DNA of 64,000 nt. It comes from Clostridia bacterium (GTDB lineage: Bacteria; Bacillota; Clostridia; Oscillospirales; CAG-272). The stretch is taken from NCBI GenBank assembly GCA_017472285.1, contig JAFUQQ010000012.1:2051-66050 (forward strand), in the 5' to 3' direction. Below the pieces are notes generated by a model. It was given only the letters and a program-made list of their open reading frames with translations. It ran no database searches and was not told the origin of the DNA. The position numbers were made by a program, and so were the translations under genes. Positions 27,009 through 35,879 of this stretch are shown piece after piece (the stretch's first letter is position 1; every line of letters begins with the position of its first letter).

Positions 27009-28442
27009 GTGAACAATTTGAAAAGATATGTTTTGCGATCATTTATTAAAATAGATAAAATCGAAAATAAGATGTATTTGGTTTCTAGAATAATGCCAAA
27101 CATTAAGTATGCCTATTTAGATCCATTGGTCGCTCTTGTCGTTTATAAACTTAACACTGGTAATAGCGTCGAGGAAGTTGCAAGTGAGGTGGCTGACTTC
27201 CTACAATGTGAATACACGATTGCTGAAGAAAAAGTGAACAATATTGTATTTATTCTTAGAGATTATTTGATAGAAACAAACAGCACGAAGAATATACGCA
27301 GATCAATCGATTTAAAGAATATACTGGTGGAAGGAAGCCGAGATTTTGAACCTATTGTCCCGCGAAGTTCTGTTCCTAAAAAAATTAGTTTTAATTTAAC
27401 AGAATATTGTCCAAGACAATGCATTTACTGCTTTAATGGCGCAAAACTTTCTGCCAATAATGCCATTCCAAACACTTTTCTGTCACCTGCACGGTTTAAA
27501 GAAGTTATAGACGAGGTTTTGGCACTTGGTATACCTTTTATTGAAATTGGGGGCGGAGATCCATTAATTAATCCTGATATATTGCAGTATATTCAGATAT
27601 TATCTGCTGTTGACGATTCAAAAAAGGGGATTTCTACTAAATCATATGTTAGCCCAGAGTTTGCTATTCAGCTTCGTGAACATGGATTAAATGAAATTCA
27701 AGTTAGTATAGACAGTCTTAATCCCCAAACAGCAGATATGCTGATGGGTGTAAAAAATTCTTACAGGGAAGTAACCGAAACTATAAACAACCTGAGAAAA
27801 GCAGGAATTAATGTAACAATAAAAGCAGTAATTACTTCGTTTAACATTTACGATATACCATCTCTATTTGAGAATTTCATTGATTCGGGAATCAAAAAAA
27901 TTCTATTTAATTATTATAACTTCTCATCTAATCGTCACTCTAAAAAACTTTTCCCCACAAATAGTCAGCTAACATGGTTAAGCGCAAATATGGAAAAATT
28001 GCTCAAAAAGGCTGAGCAAGAACAGGTATATACTGATTATAGAGATATAACTTACGAGGATATTCGATCTACTGATTGTTCCATGATGCTGAAAAGCTAT
28101 ACTAGAAATCAATGTGGTGGTATGAAAGGTGAATTTACTGTTCGCTATGATGGAAAAGTCATCTTTTGTCCAACAATTTGTTATTGTGATGACTTTGTCG
28201 TTGGAGATCTTAAGATTGATGGAATATATGATATTTGGACTTCGTCATTGTTAGATGAATGGGATCGACCGGAAAGCAAACGGGAAAAATACCATGGCAC
28301 GGAGTGCTATGATTGTAAACTGTATGATAAGTGTCATTTCAGAAGATGTTATATTCGGCAATACGATGCCAATAATCGATTTTTTTCAAAAGATCCATTG
28401 TGTCCTTATGGTGATCCTAATTATTCACAATTCATAGAATAA
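27009..28442 (+). CDS. radical SAM/SPASM peptide maturase 2
   Basis: GTG start after AAGAGAAGG. CPRQCIYC. C-terminal Cys cluster (QCGGM..FCPTICYC...CYDCKLYDKCHFRRC). Overall architecture parallels 19562-20965. Confidence 0.8.
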   Translation: MNNLKRYVLRSFIKIDKIENKMYLVSRIMPNIKYAYLDPLVALVVYKLNTGNSVEEVASEVADFLQCEYTIAEEKVNNIVFILRDYLIETNSTKNIRRSIDLKNILVEGSRDFEPIVPRSSVPKKISFNLTEYCPRQCIYCFNGAKLSANNAIPNTFLSPARFKEVIDEVLALGIPFIEIGGGDPLINPDILQYIQILSAVDDSKKGISTKSYVSPEFAIQLREHGLNEIQVSIDSLNPQTADMLMGVKNSYREVTETINNLRKAGINVTIKAVITSFNIYDIPSLFENFIDSGIKKILFNYYNFSSNRHSKKLFPTNSQLTWLSANMEKLLKKAEQEQVYTDYRDITYEDIRSTDCSMMLKSYTRNQCGGMKGEFTVRYDGKVIFCPTICYCDDFVVGDLKIDGIYDIWTSSLLDEWDRPESKREKYHGTECYDCKLYDKCHFRRCYIRQYDANNRFFSKDPLCPYGDPNYSQFIE

Positions 28443-28775
28443 TATCGCGAATCAATAATTGATGTCTTTGCATATGTTCGCCACGCACGTCAACAATGGT
28501 GTAATATCCAGTTATGTATGGACATAAATAGTGGGCAGAACGAATAAAAAATCATAGTAGTTTTAAAACCGCAGGGAGTGGTATCATAACTGTGACTATG
28601 CCTCGCGCTACTGATGAGTAGGAATAATTATGGCGTTACTGTGCTCAATCACACTTTAGTGTGGATTACCCGAACACATAAACAAAGCAGTTTTCTCAAT
28701 GTGCGCAATATACATTGTCCTAATAAAGTTATTTTATGTCTATTTATTCTGATATGTGCCGCAAAGGAGTTTTTT

Positions 28776-29042
28776 ATGAAAGAAATAATAAAGAAAAGAG
28801 TATTAGAAATCGTCAATTCTAATCTGGAATATGAAAAAATCACAATGGAACAATGCGAAGATGATTTGCTTGAATATGGAATGGATTCCATTCGTTTTAT
28901 TCAGACGATTGTTTCCCTTGAAGAAGAATTTGAGTGTGAAGTACCGGATTCAAAATTGCTTTTAGTTGAAATGAATACTATAAATAAAATATATGAAGTG
29001 CTGATTTCTATTGATTCAAATGAATCTAATATTGTTTATTAA
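28776..29042 (+). CDS. acyl carrier protein
   Basis: AAAGGAG RBS then ATG 28776. 88 aa with the phosphopantetheine-site motif LEYGMDSIRFIQ. The track ORF 28614 is a 5' over-extension. Confidence 0.75.
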   Translation: MKEIIKKRVLEIVNSNLEYEKITMEQCEDDLLEYGMDSIRFIQTIVSLEEEFECEVPDSKLLLVEMNTINKIYEVLISIDSNESNIVY

Positions 29043-29269
29043 GTAAATAAAATTAAAGCAGTTCTGTATGGCATGAAAATTAGATGTTTGTTGCACGGTG
29101 TTTTCTTTGATGGTGAATCTGCGATTATGCTTGTTTTTGCCAGGCTGAGGCGTGTTAAGAAAAAGAGGGATGGTGTGTAGATGATATCTTTATATAAAAT
29201 ATTTTGGTGATATTGGCTGTGTGATTCTGTATATTGCGGGGTGTCAGTGAAAGTTTATCGTGTTTGAAT

Positions 29270-29624
29270 CATTGTAAAAATATCGCAAAAAGCATAAATA
29301 TTTATGAAAAACTTGGTTACACCAGAGGTACAGATATTGTTGTTGATCGAATTTAAAATAACAGAATTGTATTTATAGAACGTCTTGATATGACACAATG
29401 GAGCGAGTTGATTGAACCAATTGATAAAGAATCCTCAGTGTATAATTTTAAAGAAAGGTATCATCATATCTGTTACGATGTTAGTGATATTCTATATTTT
29501 TTCTTATTTCAAGTCAATGAAGATTGGTAAGTTATTTACAGAACCAATACAAACTCTAGCAATAAATGATCGACATATTTTTTTTGGGATTAAGCAACAG
29601 TATGTTTGTAGAATTTTGTTGTAA
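29270..29624 (+). pseudogene. VOC/glyoxalase-family (methylmalonyl-CoA-epimerase-like) pseudogene
   Basis: NIAKSINIYEKLGYTRGTDIVVDRI*NNRIVFIE...ELIEPIDKESSVYNFKERYHHICYDVSDI has an in-frame TAA at 29354-29356. The C-terminal half (KIGKLFTEPIQTLAINDRHIFFG) is in another frame. Confidence 0.6.
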
Positions 29625-29879
29625 AGGTGGTTGTTTCATTGTTGAATAAATAACTACGACAAAAGTATTGAAATTACCAAAAAATAGCTTATAAAGAATA
29701 TAATGTTTATAGAATAGTTTAGATTATTTTTATTTATACTAAGGTATTTGGCGTTTTACCATAAAAAATATGTCTTATGTTTTATAAGATTTATTTATGA
29801 TTGAAAATCGCATCCCTATGACATTGTTCAAATTGGAACATAAGTGAATTTTAAATATATTAAAACAAGGGAGATCATA

Positions 29880-31421
29880 ATGGAAAAATTAAAAATCACT
29901 TGGATTTCAAATATACAATTCGAGCCATATTTGCGGTCATGTATTGTTGATGTTTTTGCTCCTTTAAGTTTAACTCCATATACGACATATATTTCATTTA
30001 ATGAGTATTCAGAAAAAATTATGGAAATATCTGATAGTGATTATATTGTTGTCTGCTTAAATCTTGATGAAATATATCCTAATCTTATTAATAATTTGAT
30101 TTCTAATGCAGTATCTGAGGATGCAATTATATCGGATATTGTGGCAAAATGTCAATCGTTTTATAACGCGATAAGATGTTATACATTAACACCAATAATA
30201 TGGATTGGTTTTGAAGACTATTGTTATCATATTGATTATATTGATGGTCAAATACCAATATTAGAATTCCTGACGGACAGATTAAACATAAATGTTTTTC
30301 AAATGTTTAATGGGCAAGATGTCTATATTGATCTTAAACATTTAATTGCAAGGAATGGGATTAATAGATCCTATAATTTAAAAGGGAAATTTCGTTGGAA
30401 TTCTCCATATTCAAAAGAACTAATTTTGTTAATGGTGCAAGAGTTATATAAGCAGTATTTGATATATATAGGTCGAACAAAAAAATGCATTGTGATTGAT
30501 TGCGATAATGTTCTCTGGGGAGGAATTCTTTTAGAAGATGGTATCGAAGGAATTCAACTTGGAAGTTACGGATTAGGACGGCAATATCAAGATTTCCAAA
30601 GATTTTTGCTGACTATGTATTATCAAGGAGTTATACTAGCAGTATGTAGCAAAAACGATGAGCCCGATGTTCTTAAAGTTTTTCGAGAGCATAGTGAAAT
30701 GATTTTAAAGAAAGAATACATTTCTTGCTTTCAATGTAATTGGGATAATAAGCCTGATAATATTCAAAAAATTGCGTATACATTGAATATTGGGATAGAC
30801 AGTATGATTTTTGTTGATGATTCAAAATCTGAAATAGAAGCAGTTAAATCAATGCTACCGAATATTGAAGCTTTTCAATATGACTGTAATACCATATATG
30901 AACAGTTCTCATGTTTTAATCTGAACTCAAAAAGTGATTTGACAAATATCAAAAAAAGAACTGAGACTTATAGAACCAACATTCAACGAGAAAAACTGAA
31001 ATCAGACTTTATATCATCTGATGAATATTTGATGTTGCTTCATACAAAAATTGATATTCACAAGTCACTTTCCATAGAAATGTCACGTATATCAGAACTG
31101 ACACAACGAACCAATAAATTTACAAATGGAATTCGATATACAGTTAATCAGTTAAAAGAGAAAATAAATCGTTTTGGATATGTGTTATATACAGTATCAG
31201 TATCAGACAGATTTTCAGATTTGGGTGTTGTAGGTGTGATAGGTATATATGAAAATAAGTTGGATCTGTTTTCACTTTCATGTAGAGCAATGGGGAGACA
31301 CGTTGAAGATGTTATGATTAATCATATCAAACAATGTAATATAAAAACATGCACATTTGTTTCGACTGGGAAAAATGACATGTTGTATGAAAAATTTAAA
31401 AATTATTTCAATTTTAACTAG
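29880..31421 (+). CDS. FkbH-like HAD-IIIC phosphatase/acyl-ACP-forming enzyme with C-terminal GNAT-like domain
   Basis: AAGGGAG RBS then ATG 29880. CIVIDCDNVLWGGILLEDGIEGIQLG...AVCSKNDEPDV...NWDNKPDNIQKIAYTLNIGIDSMIFVDDSKSEIEAV. C-terminus DRFSDLGVVGVI...LSCRAMGRHVED. Confidence 0.8.
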   Translation: MEKLKITWISNIQFEPYLRSCIVDVFAPLSLTPYTTYISFNEYSEKIMEISDSDYIVVCLNLDEIYPNLINNLISNAVSEDAIISDIVAKCQSFYNAIRCYTLTPIIWIGFEDYCYHIDYIDGQIPILEFLTDRLNINVFQMFNGQDVYIDLKHLIARNGINRSYNLKGKFRWNSPYSKELILLMVQELYKQYLIYIGRTKKCIVIDCDNVLWGGILLEDGIEGIQLGSYGLGRQYQDFQRFLLTMYYQGVILAVCSKNDEPDVLKVFREHSEMILKKEYISCFQCNWDNKPDNIQKIAYTLNIGIDSMIFVDDSKSEIEAVKSMLPNIEAFQYDCNTIYEQFSCFNLNSKSDLTNIKKRTETYRTNIQREKLKSDFISSDEYLMLLHTKIDIHKSLSIEMSRISELTQRTNKFTNGIRYTVNQLKEKINRFGYVLYTVSVSDRFSDLGVVGVIGIYENKLDLFSLSCRAMGRHVEDVMINHIKQCNIKTCTFVSTGKNDMLYEKFKNYFNFN

Positions 31422-31583
31422 GGCTTGTTTGAAAATTAAAAATATGCACAAAAGCGAGGGATTTTTTCGTAGAACAAGCCGATTTTTCGCAGGAATACTG
31501 AACGTATTTTAAGGAAAATCAGCGCAGTTATGCGGAAAAATAACCTTTTCTTGGGCGTGTTGAGATTTTTCAAACAAGCCCTA
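31419..31583. repeat. 17-bp perfect inverted repeat bracketing a 131-bp GC-richer segment
   Basis: TAGGGCTTGTTTGAAAA (31419-31435) and TTTTCAAACAAGCCCTA (31567-31583). The left arm begins with the FkbH stop codon. No flanking direct repeat seen. Confidence 0.6.
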
Positions 31584-31654
31584 ATCAAAGAAAAGCTATA
31601 GTTGTGAAACTAATAATTCAGCTAATATTAAAATTATATGCAAAATTAATTTTG

Positions 31655-32614
31655 ATGGAAAAGATGGGGGTGAAATGTTTGAAATATAATATTGAAAATA
31701 ACAATTTACACAAAAAACAAAAAGCGAATGTTATTAGAAATTTAATGATGTATCACTATTGTGATCCAGTATTTGAAAAATTACAAAATATCCCATATGC
31801 GGTTATTAAAGGCGAAGTGTTATCAATAATAGCGTATGGCGAAGTGGGCTTTCGCGCTTGTGGAGATTTGGATATTTTAATTCCTCGCTCATATGCCGAG
31901 ATAGTAAAAAAAATTTTAATAGAAAACGGTTTTGAGAAAGATTTACATGATGGGGAAAAACAACGTGATGTGACACGAAAAGAGAAAATTATGTTTATGA
32001 ATTCTCATCAGACAGAACCGTATGTAAAAATTATTGATGGAAAAAGACTTGTTCACATTGATATAAATGTCGACATTTTTTGGGGAGAATATAGGGGTAA
32101 GAGAATTGATTTGAATTCTTTTTTGTCGGATACACATGTAATGGAAATTTATAAAAAACATGTAAAAATACTTTCAAATATTAAACATTTTATCGTTTTA
32201 TGTTTGCATCATTATAAAGAAATGAATGCTATATACCATTTTGCTATTAAAAATGCATTTAATGAAAAAATGTTTGAAGATATATATAAATTATATTTAA
32301 AACTTACTGTTGATGATTTGGAGAAGCTGGATGAATTTGTTTTTACATATCAATTAGAAGAAATATTTTATTATATGTTGTATTATACGAGTCTTGTATT
32401 TAGCGATTCAAATTTGAAATTACAAGCTAGTCATTATGAAACAAAGGAAGGAATAGATCATCTCGATTATTATGGATTAACAAATAAAGAACGAAAAAGG
32501 TGGTCTATCCCCTTTGTTGAGAGAATGAACCATCCGAATATATTTGAGATTATTAAAAAAGATTTATCCATAGATGATATAAACAAAATGAATTTAGCTT
32601 TGAGCATATTTTGA
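31655..32614 (+). CDS. NTP_transf_5-like nucleotidyltransferase-fold protein
   Basis: AVIKGEVLSIIAYGEVGFRACGDLDILIPRSYAEIVKKILIENGF is the typical GDxD(I/L)L pattern of the uncharacterised nucleotidyltransferase family seen in RiPP loci. Start is ambiguous (GTG 31604, ATG 31655 or 31664). Confidence 0.6.
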   Translation: MEKMGVKCLKYNIENNNLHKKQKANVIRNLMMYHYCDPVFEKLQNIPYAVIKGEVLSIIAYGEVGFRACGDLDILIPRSYAEIVKKILIENGFEKDLHDGEKQRDVTRKEKIMFMNSHQTEPYVKIIDGKRLVHIDINVDIFWGEYRGKRIDLNSFLSDTHVMEIYKKHVKILSNIKHFIVLCLHHYKEMNAIYHFAIKNAFNEKMFEDIYKLYLKLTVDDLEKLDEFVFTYQLEEIFYYMLYYTSLVFSDSNLKLQASHYETKEGIDHLDYYGLTNKERKRWSIPFVERMNHPNIFEIIKKDLSIDDINKMNLALSIF

Positions 32615-32975
32615 GTATTTAGCGGTATTATAGTGAAAATTTTATATGTGGATGTGACTATACTGTTTAAATTTACTTATCTATAGTAATTGCAAAATCA
32701 ATTATAAAATTCATTTACATAATGGTTTATGTTGTGCTGAATTGGATGTTGTATATATTTATGATTTTTTTGTAAAAATATTTGATGCAGATTGGAAATT
32801 CTTATGAATTTTTCCAATATTCATTTCCGTATGAATTGCGACCACATTCAATTTTTGCTAAATTTTATTCACGCTTCTGTAATTATAGTTGGCAGATTTA
32901 ATTAGAATTTTGTGGAGAATATGTTATTAAGTCCGACAAAATCGTAAATTTTTATATAAAGGAGTTAAGGTATTA

Positions 32976-34013
32976 ATGAAAAGAGTATTATCTGTTATAG
33001 ATCCTATTATTACACACACACCTCCTATTGCAAATCTTTTTTCTATACTTGGAACAAATCCAAATACAGAAAGTTGGATTATGAATAATTTTGTTAATAT
33101 ATATATCCATGAAAATGAAATCTTTGATAATTTTTATGATCGCAACACTTTTTTCTATGGTTGTCCTTGGATACAGGTGGTTCAAATACGGCGAGAAATT
33201 GTTTTGCGAATTTGTGACCGTATCATAGACTATGTAAAAGCACTTATTGATGAGGGATTCTATGTTTATGTTGCTGGAAATACAGAATGTATTCCTGCAT
33301 ATCCCAACGATTCTTACGGGGCTCATAATTTCATGGTATATGGATATGATGACGAAAATAAAGAATTTTATTTTTCGGATTTTTTTTTGAATAGTAAATA
33401 TGCACGTGGAAAATGTTCTTATTCTGAGCTCGAGGAAGCATTGAAGACATCAAATATGAATCGGTATTTTGTTAATCTAATATATGGGTTGAAACTTAAA
33501 GACATTGAATATAAATTTGAAATTGACTTACTCTCTGAGAAGTTGACTGATTATTTAAACTCAACAAATTTATTCTGCAAATTTAAGACTAGAAAAGATG
33601 AAGAGTTTTATAGTAATAAGGGCGGAAATACTTATAACTATTTCAGTTATGCTGAAATGAAATCCTTATATTTTTTTGGCTTATCATATTATGATAAACT
33701 TACAGAGATGGTCCAAAAAAAATCAAAAAAACTAAAAAGGCCGCTTGATTTATTGTATGAACATAAGTTTTTAATGAGTAGACGCATAAATTTTCTTTAT
33801 CAAAATAAATATATCATTGAATCTGAGTACGAAGGCTTAATAACGATGTGTAAAGATATTTCAAAACTATCTTTAATTAATAGAAATGGATATATAAAAT
33901 ATCAAATGAAACCTTCTGATTTGCTGTTAAGACGCATTAATGAAAGAATTATAGAGACAAAAGAAAAGGATTGTCTTTTTACTGAAAGGCTATTGAAAGC
34001 ACTTGATAGATAG
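32976..34013 (+). CDS. hypothetical protein (weak papain-fold/C39-BtrH-like hint)
   Basis: AAGGAG RBS. 345 aa. The only hint is GAHNFMVYGYDDENKEFYFSDF (His-then-Asp pattern as in C39-like/BtrH-like folds) with upstream FYGCPW. Unverified. Confidence 0.5.
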   Translation: MKRVLSVIDPIITHTPPIANLFSILGTNPNTESWIMNNFVNIYIHENEIFDNFYDRNTFFYGCPWIQVVQIRREIVLRICDRIIDYVKALIDEGFYVYVAGNTECIPAYPNDSYGAHNFMVYGYDDENKEFYFSDFFLNSKYARGKCSYSELEEALKTSNMNRYFVNLIYGLKLKDIEYKFEIDLLSEKLTDYLNSTNLFCKFKTRKDEEFYSNKGGNTYNYFSYAEMKSLYFFGLSYYDKLTEMVQKKSKKLKRPLDLLYEHKFLMSRRINFLYQNKYIIESEYEGLITMCKDISKLSLINRNGYIKYQMKPSDLLLRRINERIIETKEKDCLFTERLLKALDR

Positions 34014-34299
34014 ATTTATATTTAAATAGCCACGGGATGAGTACCGCAAAAAAGCCAATCGTAATACTTTTATTTGCTGAAAGGGCAGAGATAGGATAAT
34101 ATGGCATACAAATCTTTTACAAATTATATCATCAACCTAATGTAATGGATGAGGACAATTACATTGATTGGATGACATATAGGGAAAATCAACCCATAAA
34201 TTATGAATATAGTAATGTAACATCGGAGCGCTTCAACTCGTTGTGAACATAAGTGTAATTGACGGCTACATAGGTCCGTTCAATTGGGAACTTGTTTAG

Positions 34300-34467
34300 G
34301 AAGAACATGTTGTAAATTTCAGCGTTTCGTCAGGTAAATTTTGCGATAAAATTGCTGTATTGGATGGAGGTGAGTTGATTCAACTTGGCAAGTATGTAGA
34401 ATTGCTCGAAATCCAGAATAGCAAATATGGTGAAATGTGGTATATACAAGCGCAGTATTATAAATGA
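34300..34467 (+). pseudogene. ABC-transporter ATPase C-terminal remnant
   Basis: After a TAG: EEHVVNFSVSSGKFCDKIAVLDGGELIQLGKYVELLEIQNSKYGEMWYIQAQYYK*, the typical C-terminal tail (..aDkIaVLd.G.i.e.G.h.eLl...g.Y..lw..Q). Confidence 0.6.
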
Positions 34468-34519
34468 ATTTAATAGTTTTATTTTTGATTTTTAGACTAG
34501 AAAATTTTAAAATTCAATT

Positions 34520-34691
34520 GGAACAAGCTTGCTTTCTTCTGAAATTCTGACTGATATTATTCAAAAAGTTTTTGATTTGAGTCCGAAAGGTAGCATAGAA
34601 TCCTTAAATTTGAAAAAATGATTTATCGAGATACTGCTTGTTACGGTTATTTTCTCAGGGAAACTGTTATCTTCCCTGAGAAAAATAGATA
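34520..34691 (+). pseudogene. metK: S-adenosylmethionine synthetase (metK) C-terminal remnant, frameshifted
   Basis: SEILTDIIQKVFDLSPKGSIESLNLKK, then after a frameshift IYRDTACYGYFLRETVIFPEKNR*. This matches the MetK C-terminus (..FDLRP..II..L.L..PIY..TA.YGHFGR..FPWE). Confidence 0.6.
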
Positions 34692-34951
34692 AGGTTGAGT
34701 ATATTAAAGAAGAATTGAGAAACATTGTGGACACAGGTCCCGAACGTACTGCAACATGAATTTCTCCGACAATTATTCACATGTGTATATGATAAAGTCT
34801 ATATGCACGAAGCACCCAAGGATTCTCCTTTGCGAGAATCCTTGGGAACCATCAAATTACTGTCTTTTATTTATATTTCTATTGAAAATATAAAAAAAGT
34901 ACGTTTGTTTTCCTAAAGGGAAACATGAAATATAGGAAAGGCGGTAATGGA

Positions 34952-35338
34952 ATGAGAATGATATTCGGAGAATACATACATCAGAAGCGCATCAATAAAG
35001 AGATTCCGTTGAGAGAATTTGCAAGACGTATCGGTGTTTCAGCAGAATACATTTGCAATATCGAAAAAGGAAGAAAAGCTGCTCCGTCGAGTGATGTTCT
35101 TGAAAAAATTATTGTAGTCTTGTCTTTAACTAATCAAGAAATTGAACAGGTATATGATCTTGCTGCGAGTTCCAAGGCTGCGGAAAATGCTGTCCCGGAA
35201 GATTTGGCATATTTCTTGAACGAGAATAAGTATGTGATCAAAATTCTTCGCATTGTTAGAGATTTGAATGTTTCCCAAGAAGAATGGGATAGCTTTTTAC
35301 AGTTATTAAAACTAAACAGAAAAAATACGGAAGTATAG
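34952..35338 (+). CDS. XRE-family HTH regulator
   Basis: IHQKRINKEIPLREFARRIGVSAEYICNIEKGRKAAPSSDVLEKI. Start ATG 34952 or 34958 preferred over 34925 on RBS grounds. Confidence 0.7.
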   Translation: MRMIFGEYIHQKRINKEIPLREFARRIGVSAEYICNIEKGRKAAPSSDVLEKIIVVLSLTNQEIEQVYDLAASSKAAENAVPEDLAYFLNENKYVIKILRIVRDLNVSQEEWDSFLQLLKLNRKNTEV

Positions 35339-35414
35339 ATGATTGGGCGGATATGCTCCACCAATCATATATTTTCACCAAGGTGTTTCCCAAGGGGGAA
35401 ACGAAGGAGACAAA

Positions 35415-35620
35415 ATGAAGTCATATGTTGTGTGTCCCGATTGCGGTACGGTATTCGGCGTGGCTGAAAAAATTGAAAATAGGAGATTCGCTGTCATAAA
35501 TGCCGTGGCAAAATGATTGTCAATGTAAATGAAAAAGGTTTATTTGTTACACGTATGCAACAAGTGAAAACCATTGAAAACGCAAAACAGATTCATATTA
35601 CTGCGGACATTAAACTGTGA
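35415..35620 (+). pseudogene. small zinc-ribbon protein, apparently frameshifted
   Basis: GAAGGAG RBS, MKSYVVCPDCGTVFGVAEKIENRR. The second Cys pair (EIRCHKCRGKMIVNVNEKG...ADIKL*) continues in the +1 frame after the A-run at ~35470-35485. Confidence 0.45.
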
Positions 35621-35743
35621 ATTCATAAGAAAATTAAATAGCGGAAGATAGAATTCATAAGACTGTATTTGGCATAGAACCATCAAGAGTTACCGTTCTA
35701 TCAGATGTTTGCCAAAGTGTCGAACTTGACAAAGAATCATGAA

Positions 35744-35796
35744 GGACCTGACGTGCTTATCTTACGAGATAAGTCTGTTTGTCAGGTTCTTTTTTT
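35744..35796 (+). terminator. rho-independent terminator (nested hairpins)
   Basis: GGACCTGAC...GTCAGGTTC outer stem with inner CTTATCT/AGATAAG, followed by TTTTTTT. Confidence 0.6.
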
Positions 35797-35879
35797 ATAT
35801 TGTAGGAAATTGCTCAAAATCGACCACGCCGTTTTGATTTATTTGGATGCGGAAAAATTAAAAAAGGCGAGAAATCGGG

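Noticed and set aside
28611-28618. CTGATGAG, the hammerhead-ribozyme core sequence
   Set aside because: It forms a trivial CTAC-TGATGA-GTAG hairpin. No downstream GAAA core or helix II/III complements were found, so it is most likely chance.
28614-28775. 5' extension of the ACP ORF (142-aa version)
   Set aside because: The extension is non-ACP-like and lacks an RBS. ATG 28776 has a perfect AAAGGAG RBS and yields a canonical 88-aa ACP.
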